IMG/VR virus record: IMGVR_UViG_3300021399_000127
Span: 33,691-97,690 of that record
Strand: one strand, 5' to 3'
Length of the DNA stretch: 64,000 bases
Source: a virus
Lineage: Duplodnaviria; Caudoviricetes
Positions 14,101 to 25,800 of this stretch are shown here, one piece after another. Position 1 is the stretch's first letter. Each line of letters starts with the position of its first letter. The notes beneath the pieces are model-generated. The model ran no database searches, was not told the DNA's origin, and saw nothing but the letters and a program-made list of their open reading frames with translations. The position numbers were made by a program, and so were the translations under genes.

Positions 14101-17100
14101 CAGGATATGAACTTCGTGCTGGCTAGAACTAAAACTGACAACAACAGAAAACATACAAACATTATTAGCGCCGGATCAGAAAGAGATGCTATAGCATATC
14201 CTAAGATGTGGAATTCTCTACTTACATCTGGTTAGGTTTCTATATTTAGTAGTGTAAGAACTAAACAAGGAGACTTATAGATAGTTAAAGGACATGAAAA
14301 CGACTTAAGAGACGTTGCTGCATTCTTTAGATCTGCAGAAGCAGTTTCGGCCAAAGGTGGATAGATAGAGATTGATGGCAAAATGGTGGATGCGTCTACT
14401 CCAGAAGGATTTGAACAGTTTAAACAAGAGATTGTAAAACAATTACATCGAATCGGAATAACATTCCCTTATGATGCTCTTGTACACATGTTGGAAGAGC
14501 AATTTACAACACCTGAATATGGAGGAAACTCAACAGAAGGTTTGTACGCATGGTTGACCCAACGAAATACTGCGTCCATCACGCCGTTCTTACAAGTTCT
14601 TGAATCATGGGTAGACAAAAATGGAAATGTAAATTCTGAAGTATCAAAGAAAGGCTACACATAGACTGGTTTCGTAAAAGCGCTTGGAAATGCGTATAGC
14701 AGATATACAAAAAGTACAACTCAGAGTATGGTGCAGGCGTTAAATGGAAAATAGTTATATTCTGTGTCTCAGAACTCATCACTGTCACACATAATAAATG
14801 CATTAAATACGCACGACAAGAACAACTACATCATACAGACATTGAGTAGATTCTCATACAATCTTTTAGATGAAGGTGGGCTGTTCTCTGGATCTATGAT
14901 TCTTAAGGAACTGATTACTAACAACAACTCTACGATGCATTTAAGACTTGCAACACATATTGGTTCCAGAACAGACAATAGTGGCGATTATGGTACTGAA
15001 TATTCTGAGGCACCCGAAGTCGACGACTACATGGCAAAATTAGCCTTCCTTTAGAGTGGTTACATTGTACCTTGTACATTCGCAGATAAAGGAACATACC
15101 AGGTTATACAAGGTGTCACATTGCCTGGAATGCAGTTTACAGAGCATTAGGATTCAAACGGAAACACTGTTGTAGATATAGCAAATGTACCTACTATAAA
15201 GAAATACGACGGAGAGTTTGTAATCATACCGTCCAATGCTGTTCTTGACAGGATGTTGGAGTATGCAAGAACGGAATACAGTGCTATACAGCAATGTATG
15301 GTTGATTTAGGATACAAAGACATTCCCGGATATAATGGTGTAAAAAGAGATCCAATACCAGAGCGTGCAAAGATAAAGAATTACCATACTAATAATGGTG
15401 ATGTAGAACCAAATGGTACAAGATTCTTATCTCTAAAACAAATAGTAGTTCCAACCAAAGATGGGCTGAAGACGATAAACCTCAACGACCCGAATAAGTC
15501 TAGCGTTGAATTGCTTAAAAAAGCGTATGATGAGTTCTTCTCTAAAGGTCTCGATGAACAAAGAGAAATAATGGCATTAACTCTTCACGTACAAACGAAA
15601 GAGGCTGTAGATTTCGCATTGTCTCGTGGTATCGTGGAAAGCGATAACATTACCATGATACAGAACGGACAGACTGTTGTTGCAGTAGATTCTACAGATC
15701 CTTCGAAGAAGTTAGAGACACTTGTAACAAAACATCTGGACGAACTATAGATAGCTACGTTAACAGAGGCTATTGTTAATGCTAAAAAATGGGGAAATAA
15801 TATAGCTGACTCACAAAAAAGAGAAGCGTATAGAAATGTCGCCAAATCGTTAGCGATAGCAAGTATTCTTGAAGATGCTACTGTTAAGTAGATTATGTCT
15901 ATAGAGGAGTGTTAGAGATTGTTCATAGGACATCCTGGTATGTTCAAAGTGAGATACAACAAGAGTGAAAGTAGAATAGCTGATGATACGTTCGACATAC
16001 AGAAGCGTATCGGCGGTATTGTCTCTACTGGTGACGACAACTACCTAAACGACGCACGTGGATTAAGAAGTGAATATCGTTGTGCAGAATTCAAAGACCA
16101 CGAAATAGGACTCCATGCTGATGTAATATCTCAACTCGAAGATGCGTTCGAAGAGTCTGCTACAAAAGATTTGTTGGCTTAGATTCTTTCAGAGCAGAAT
16201 AAGGAAAATCATTATTACGACGAAGAAAGCCCTTATTATGTTTTTGGTCTTAAGAGGAAAGAACTACAAAAAATAATAGACGAATTACCTGAAAAAGATC
16301 AAAAACGCATCAAAAAGGCTTCTAAAAAAGCAAAAGAGTGGGCCTAGGCGTACTCTAAAAAAATAAACGTAGCTGATGGTGCAGCATACATAACAGACGA
16401 AATGTGTGAGCTTATGCTCAGAGAGCGAGGAGCAGACAATGAGAATGTTAAAAAAGCATTCGAGATACTAAGAAGTGAAGACTCTGAACACTCATGGACA
16501 GAAAAAGCTGAAGCATATGAACTGATATACGAGTAGGCTGCAATTGTTGCAACTAAATATACGGCATATGGTGTCAGACCACATACTGTATCAGACAAAG
16601 ACGGTAATATACAAAAAGTTTCAGATGTAGCTGTACCATATTACAATAAGTTTGCGTTGTTCCCAATCTTCCCTTGTCTTGCAACAGGGCCTATGAAATG
16701 GGTCTACGAGAAGATGAAGAACGAAAGAGTAGACATGTTGTTTATGGATTCTGCAGTTAAGGTTGGTTCAGAAGGAGCTATCGAGTACGATCCAAAGGCG
16801 TTAGATAAACCATTCAATGTGTATACGCAACATATGGGATTCCTACGTAGGCAGCTTAACACAGATCCTGAAGAAGGTAATCGTATTGCTATCGGAACGC
16901 AGATGGTAAAGATTGTATTATCTAACTTAAGGTTAGATAGACAATACGGAGACATTAATGGAATTGAGCTTCTCACCTATTTTATGGAAAACATAAAACT
17001 ATTATCTATGATTGGTGAAAACGAAGTTAATGAAATGTTCTTCACCGATGGAGAAATAGATAATAAGAAGCTTAGTGAGTTCTTGAAGAGAGAGCTTTCT

Positions 17101-20100
17101 AGTAGAGGAGCAAATAACGCTGTACTTTCTGCAACAGATGTTGTATACAATGAAGACACAGGTAAGTTTGAGTTTGTTATACCTATGGCTGCTACAGCTG
17201 ATGCTAGGTGGATGGAATCTATAATAAGGTCTACTGTTTGTAAACGTGTTGTAGACATCACAACACCAGGAGGAAGCTTTGTTCAGAGGTCTGTATTTGC
17301 GATAGAAGCTGAAGATGGAGAGTCTTAGATCTTAGGCGACGATAGTCCTTACTATCATGGTCAAGAGTTGAAGATGATAAACGAGCACGGTTCAATGGAT
17401 TCTGTAATAAGTATAGACTATTTCTAGGACATGATACCGCCTCATATAAAAGAATTTAAAGCTCGTAGACAGTGGCTTATCGACAACAGAATAATAGGAC
17501 CTGATGCTGAAACAGCTACTGTTGCTTACCGTATTCCTACTCAGGCACAATCTTCGATTCATGCACTACGATTCATAGATGTCTTACCTGCTACACAAGC
17601 AGCTATCGTTCTTCCTAAGGAGTTTACAAAAATAACAGGATCTGACTTCGATATCGACCACCTGTACCTTGCAACAATGAATTATAAAAAGGTAAAGGAG
17701 GATATAATAACCGGAGGAGACGAAAACATTACTGGTGAATGGTTATCTCGTGAACCTTATGATTTGACAGAGAAACAACAGTGCGAAAACAATATCTTAG
17801 GAGTTATGATAAAACTGTTATGCGATATAGGCAATTCTATGTCCTCGCTGTATAGATCAATTGATAACGATACAGAGTTACCAAAAAGCATAGCAGACTA
17901 GATAAAACCAAGAAAGGAAGATAATAAGAAGCACTTGCCGTATAATTTCGGAACTCTACACGAACAAGTTAGACGTAAGAGTGACTATATGACAGGTAAA
18001 ACTGGAATTGGACCGTTTGCATTGAATGTGACGTCACACGTTCTTACATATCTGTACGAGGTCGAGTTTAACAATTCTAAGTTTACAAAGAACACAGATA
18101 TTAAGAGTTTGCATCATTTGTTTGACCATGATGACAATTATGTATCATCGTGGATATCAGCGTTTATTAATGCACACGTAGATATAGTAAAAGACCCATG
18201 GATAAGTAAACTGAACGTAAATCCGTTTACATACAACCATCTTTCGTTACTAGTTCGTAGTGGCGTTGGAAATTAGGCTTGTTGGATGTGTGCACAACCG
18301 ATAATAAGAGATTTAGCTGCAGCACAACAACAAGCACAAAGTGAGATACTTTCAGATGGTGGAACGTCTAAAGCTAAGCGCAAACAAGAGTTGTTTGATG
18401 CCGTACTTAAGAAGTATGGAATAACAATGTCGTGGAAAGAGCTGCAGGCTTGGGGTAAAAACAGGAATAATGTTGATGCAAGAATCGCAGCTACAAATAG
18501 TGTTTTAAGATATCGTACAGATGAGCTTATCGACCAAGCAATTAACCCTGACAACATAAACTACTCTTTGCAGAACGATGTTGTAAAAGCATTCGTCGCA
18601 CTGGAGCCATATGCACAGGGTTTGAGCAATCTTCTACAGTATACGAAAGTAGATACTCGTAAGTATGGAAAGAACTTCATCCAGATGCGTTGCTATTATG
18701 AAAAGTACTTGAACGCTTTCTATGGTGATAACGATCATACAATCTACAATATCGACAGTGTTCATAGAATGCTAGAAGGTAGCTGGATAGACCAGAAAAC
18801 AAGATCTGCTATACAATTACCGTTATATATAATGAGTCAACAGACGTTTGACGCCAACAAATAGTTCTACAATACTATATATAAATTATGTTGGGCTATT
18901 ACTCAAGACAGATCGTTGTTTACCGAAGATCTAATGGAGGCTGTTTCGCAGCAATACAGAACAGCGATAAAACTCAAGTATATGCACGAATATGCAACGC
19001 AAGTTCTCGGAATGACTGATAAGGATATTCGAATGCTGTTCTTTGGAAAAGATCAAGACGGATCACGTTCTATGGCGTCTAGATTAAATGGATTAAAGGC
19101 AGCCGTTAAAACGTATCCTGAATACCAAAGACTTGCTAACAACTATCTTATAGAAAAGTTATTGCCAAAAACCAGAGAAGATGATACTATAACATCTGAA
19201 GGAAAGTTGGCAAAAAAACCTATGTTCATAACAATATCTCAAGATGTCAACAACGAAAGAATGAATGAGAACGCGTTCTCTGATGCATGGGTTGAGTTAC
19301 TTAATGACGAAGATCCTTATGTTAGAAAATTTGCAGAAGATCTTGTTGTTTATGCAATGTACACATCTGGAGAATATCAGGGATTTGATAAGATTGCAAA
19401 ACTTATTCCACCAGAATGGTTGCGTGGCGATACATAGAAGACACCTGTTATAATAGACGGAGTTGCTAACAACTCATTCTCTGATTTTATAAAGCATGCT
19501 CTTACGTCATCATATGCTCAGAGTTTAGCTAGCAATGATATGTAGAACTCTATAGTATCACACCTTCAAGACAAATTCTTTATCGTACAAACTATACCAC
19601 AGCAAACAGCAGATGGAAAATAGAACTTCTTGTCTGTAGATACTGACAGGTCTGTCTTAATAGGCTCATCTGAAGTGTTGGATGAAGATGGAAACGCTCC
19701 TACGTTTATAAAGGTTAAAAAGCGTTACGCTTCTAACAAGAGACAGTCTTCGTATAATTTGTACAGATATGTTGGTAGCAATAATGGTTTTCCAATATAT
19801 GTGTATTGTAAAAGTGTTGGATACAAGAACGGCACCGAGAATATATATGAGTACTGGTTCGATATGTAGTACGAGGAAAATGACAGTAAAATCTCTAAGA
19901 AGCAGAACAAGTTTGAGGATACACGACGTATAGTGCTTTAGGCGATTAACGATCTGTTTGATTATACATACAGCGGCAAGAAAGAATCGTTAGATTAGTT
20001 CTTTGAAAGAGCGTCGGTCTATGCTTCTCAGGTATATGATAAAATAGATCCTAACGGTGGTGTTCAAATGCCTAGTTTGGTTAGAAAGAAGAGCGTATGG

Positions 20101-22854
20101 GTTAAAGCTAGAAGTAAGTACTCAAGAGAGTCTGTTGAGAACGATCCTAAAACTCTATATATATTCACAGATAACACAGATAGAACATCTGGTGGTGTAC
20201 AATACGGAGACGGATGGTATAAACAGAAGTATGGTGCAGGAGGTTTCGGAAGTTATAGTAATCCGACTACAGCTCAAATTCGTGGACTCGATAATGCTGC
20301 TCCTATCAGTACTATGAGATATATGTATTCTAAACACGGGTTTACACATCCTGGAAAAGATCCTAATAGTTTGGCTAGGTGGCATGATTCAGACTTCGAA
20401 GAGTTTAAGAAAGTGTTTGACGACGAGATAGCTCAAATAAAAGCATTGTGGGACACTGGACGATTTGAAAAGATTGTATCTCCACAAGGTGATGGTTTCT
20501 TCGGAAGTAGACTTACTGATATAAGTAAGGCACGTACTCCTAAGATATACGAATATATGAATCAAGAGTTCGAGAAATTATATCAGTATGTAAATAGTGG
20601 TTCTAGTAGACAGACAGAAAGTGTAGACACAAACACTACATTCGAGTATGCTAGAACGGCTGATGGAAAACCTAACTATGAGGTTTCTTCAAGAGGAGAT
20701 GCTAGATTCTCTGCTATGAATGCTACATTTGCTCCTGGTACGACATTGTTTGGTCACGACGTTGGTGGTAGAACAATAGAATCTGTATATCAGCATGGTG
20801 TTAAACAAGGAGACTGGTCTACTGATAACAACAACAAGACTGGTGCTCCAAAAGACAAGACTATAATAACTGGAAATACAGAGGATGACAGCTATGTTCA
20901 AGGATATCTCCCATTGTGGGAAGAATGGGCTAAGCAAAATACACAGTTGATGTAGGAACTTAGACAAAACGCTAGTGGTAAGGTTCTCACTGATATGTTT
21001 GCATCAACAGCCGTATCACAAGCTAGAGCTTTGGCTGACATTTTAAATAACAATCAGTCTGCTACTTCATCTGCTACAAATACACTCCATGGAAGACAAG
21101 CTACTCATGAGGAAGAACTTGCTACGTTGAACAGTGGTAAGACAATATTGTCTAATGAGGAGCTTGCTGCTTGGAATAAGAATGGTGTTGGAAAGAATCC
21201 TAGAATTCTTGTGGCTACAGAGAGAACTGATCCTGCATTCCATTCAAAAGAGATAATAGACATCATAAACGGAGTAAAAGGTGTTACTAATAGAAAGTAT
21301 ACCCAAATAACCAAAGAAGAATATGATGCTCTGCCTAACGGTCAACGGTGGTACAAACAAGCTACAAAACAGTATTTTAGAGTCGATGTTACAAATCTAA
21401 GCAGCAGTGATTTTGCAGGATTGTACATCATAACAAAGCATGATGGTCTCCCTATGAGAGACATATTGGCTACGAAAATACCAAAGTTAATACATTTCAG
21501 TATTACTGGTCTCGGTGGTACTACGTATGAACCTGGTGTCATGAAACCGAATGACTTGTTGGATAGAATCGGTGACTATATAAAGCAAGGGTTAGATCCA
21601 GACATGATAACTGTACGAATAGATCCTATAGTACCTGGTGTAACAACTCCTTCTATGATAGAAAACATAGTCAAGAGGGCTTCTGAACTAGGAATAAAGA
21701 GAATACGATTCTCAATAATGGATGCTTACGGTAACACTGTTAGAAAGATGAACGCTCTAGGATATTCGTTTGACTAGAAGTATCATTGGGATATACAAGA
21801 CGGTGTCAATCGCATGGTTGTAAACGATGATGTCAAAGACTCTATTGTCAAGTTCATGTTGTCAATGAAAGACAAGTACGGTGTTACACTCGGAACTTGC
21901 GCAGAAAACATTCATGTTGATGGAATATCCAACGAAGGATGTTTATCTGTAGATGGTGTAAACAGAATGCTTGGATCGAACATAGAAGATCGTGGCACCG
22001 ATAACAATAATCAACGAGTAGACTGTTCTTGTTATGGTGGAAAAGTCGACGCTTTGGCGTATGATAAGTATTGTGGAAGTGCGTGTGCCTATTGTTATGG
22101 AAAGCACGAAAACGATGCTGTTCATCAATACTACAATTAGGACGGAACGCTTAAACAAGATAAATTTACAATATCTGGATATACTGACGAACAAACACTT
22201 CCACAACAGCCGCAGACTAATAAGTATGTCAATCATAGTGGTGGAGCTATTGGTTCTGATTACGAATGGGGACAGTAGGGCTAGAAGTACGGAGTAACCT
22301 CTAATCATTACTATCACGGAGCTAAGACGCCGCACGGAAATATTGAAATAACAGAATAGGAATTCGAAGAGGGGAAACAACATGTAATGATTGCCAACAG
22401 GACGTTGCACAGAAGACCTGAACGATATTTGAATTTGTTAGCTAGAAACTACATGCAAGTAAAAAATTCTGATGCTGTATTCGCAATAGGACATCTCGTA
22501 CGAGGAATAGTTGACGGAGGTACTGGTTGGGCTGTACAGATGGCAATAGATGATGGAAAACCTGTATATGTATACGATCAACAGAGATTGCAGTGGTATA
22601 AGAATATCAACGGTCAGTGGTCTGAATCAGAAACTCCAACATTGACTACAAATTTTGCAGGAATAGGAACTCGTCAGATAAACGAAGCTGGAAAGCAAGC
22701 AATAAAAGACGTGTACAGAAAAACGTTCGATGAACAAAATGGTGTCGGAAACAATAATATTTAGAAACCAAGTACCGGATATGCATCGTCTATATTCTCA
22801 GAAGAAGAAATGAGACTTGGAGAGCAGTATAAAAACATTTGTAAAAATTAGTAA
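5137..22854 (+). CDS. Giant virion RNA polymerase polyprotein (~5905 aa, TAG=Gln) with zincin domain and C-terminal accessory domains
   Basis: 26 track fragments from 6211 to 22764 share one frame and end in TAG; the gaps I translated contain no TAA/TGA; ends TAG-TAA at 22849-22854. Motifs YRIPTQ and GSDFDID (17644-17658, the crAss-like RNAP catalytic motif) and HEAFH (12862-12876). Confidence 0.88.
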
Positions 22855-22855
22855 T

Positions 22856-25800
22856 ATGAATATTTGTCCAAATTTACATAACAAAAAAGTTAAAGAATAG
22901 TTCGAAGAACTAGTCTCTGTGTTTGATGAAAATTAGGCGTATTATATTTGGGACAAAACAAACGGATATGGATTAGACTTGGCTCCAAACGGAGCTGAGT
23001 CTAAACTATTCGGTGATTTATTATAGTTTTGTAACGGTAATAGGGCAGATGCTCTTAAGATGAAGGCTACTACGCTATCCAGTAAGTTTCCTAAAGCTGA
23101 CTCGATCTAGAAACAAATTGTAGACCACTTAAAGAAGCTGAAGATAAAGGTGCACGGAATAGAAGATATGAAGAAGTATCTTTCTGCTCGTGGATTTAGT
23201 TCTTTACAGCAGTTTATAGGTAAGAAGGCTAGAGCTTAGTTTGAGCAGCAACTTAGAAAAGCACGTCCTGACATGTCTGATGCTGAGATTAAATCAACTC
23301 TTGACTTTCTTCATTCTTTGGAGGACAACAAGGAAAACAATGCTTACATAAAGACAGCAGTGAGGTGGGTGATGAATAGATCGCTCACATTGCCTGAGGA
23401 TAATACTAAAGCTCGTTAGGTTTTCGATGAAGCACGTAAAAGACACATAGATGTATAGAAGTATCCTACACTAAGTGCTCTTATTGCTTCTGATGAAATG
23501 AAGCCTAAAGAGAAAGAGAAGCCCAAATTCGATCCAGACAAGGCTAAGACATTCAGCAACAAACGCACAATTACGACAGAAGGTGGTAGAGTATTCACTG
23601 TATACGATGTAGAGAATACTGAAGAAGGACAACGAGAAGTTTGTCATGCTCTTGCTGCTCACTACAAAACATCTCCTTGGTGTTTATCTACATTTACTGC
23701 CACAGGAGAACCTACTGAATCTGCTAAGTATTACTGGGACCATTATAATACACTTCCAAGAAAGATTGCTTATGAAAATGGAAAGCCAGTAGCTTTTAAT
23801 AGCGATTATGGATCCCCTTATAATCTTTCGTTTAGAGGTATGGATGTGGTGTACTACCCGAATTCAGAACGTGGTAAGTATGGATTTAAACTTAACCCTT
23901 ATGAGCCACTGGTGCTACAATTGATCCAAGAAGGTATTGTGCGCAATATATTTGACGACCAAGATGATGTCACACCTGTATATCGATTTACAGGTAAAGG
24001 AGAACGTCTTATTGAGAAATCAGTAAGAGAAGCTTGGTGGGACATGGAAGATAGGTTTGCACAATTGAAGTTGTCAGACAATATTGTAGCCGACCCTTCT
24101 AATGGCGGAATTGCTCCTGATTTTGATCAAGATTAGGAGTTTGATGACGATCTTTTTCTTCCAGTGGATCCTGATTATGACCCTTATGAGGATTTATTTC
24201 AGTCAGAAACTGAATATGAACTAATCAATATACTGCAAGACATTGTACTACTAAATTTATATCGTGTAGAGAATTAGGATTATAACTTAGATCCAGTTTG
24301 GATTGTAAACGAGTATTCAAATATTTATTTCCAAGAATTAATAGCACAAATATCAGACTTTGACTGGGGAAACCATCGTAATCCTGTAGAAGCCGCTTAG
24401 AGTATCGTATAGAATAACAACGTAGAGTAGCATATACGTGAAACGATAAACGAATATTATACTAGACTACCTCAGCCAGCACCACCACTACAAAACGGAC
24501 TTACTGAGCCCATACCTGCTCCTGTAGCTCCTGTAGCACCAATCGACTTAGGTCCAGGTTTGCCTTTCTATCTCACATCTAGTGGTGAGATATACGGTTT
24601 TGTAACCCTTGAAGGCGATATCTATCTCGATGAAAATGTAATATCTCCAGAACATCCTATCCATGAGTATACTCACTTATGGGACAGAGCTGTAGCAAAA
24701 AAGAATCCAAAGCTTTGGAAAAAAGGTGTAGAGTTAATGAAGAAAACCGATCTGTGGGAAGAGATTCTTTTCGACAAAAACTATGGCAAAAAGTGGACGT
24801 CTAATCCAAATATAACACCTGAAGAATTAGAGTTTCTTGTTGCATCAGAAGTGCATGCTAGAATTGTTGGAGAGAAAGGTCAGTAGGTATTAGATAGAAT
24901 AGCTAAACAGAAAGGTGGAGATAGTATAGTATCAAAACTTAAGGAATGGGCATTCCAGTTCTGGAAAACTATAGCATAGACTTTTTCTCCATGGACACAA
25001 GAACAGATAGACAGATTATCTTATGGAGATTTTGTAAATATAGTACTCAGAGATTTTTCTCAAGATAAAAATGTTTTGGAGCTTGATGAAAACGGAGAAA
25101 TGTCTGCACGAAATGTAATTTGTGCCGATCCGTTCTATGGAAGATCTGTTACAAGCAGCCAACAAACAAGGTGTATAATCAGTAAGCTGTAGTAGCATTT
25201 TGGAGACCTTATATAGTATAATGACAAAACAAAGAGCTTTTATTTATACTATTAGAACCATCCTAGTTTTAGAAAACAAAACGCACTTACAGAAGTTCAG
25301 CTCATAGATCAGGTCATACAATATTGTAAGTATTTCTTTGACAAGATACCTATAATTCGACGTGTTGGTTCAGTGTTGAATCCTAATACTGGTAAGTTTG
25401 AACCGCATCAACAACCTGCAATTCTTGGATTTGCTCCTAATAAAAGCATATTCGACAACTGGATAGATAAAGAGATGACTCTTTATGACAACAAATGTCT
25501 TATAGAACAGTTCTTAGAGCAAAGATTCCCTGAAACACAGGTACGTTGGATTACACGAGAAGAACAGGCTAGTCACAATTCGAATGCGAACGCTTGGTAT
25601 GACATTGAAAATAATTGTGTGTGTCTTGTTATGGATGCTGTAAAGTCAGATAATATAATAGAAGAGTTCTTACATCCTATAACACTGATGATGTAGTGCT
25701 CCAGTCCGTCTGTATTTGATGACTTATACGATTAGGCTGTGGAGAAATATCCAGAAATCCGTAAGCAGGTGGATAAGTTATATGGAAACGAAGATGAATT

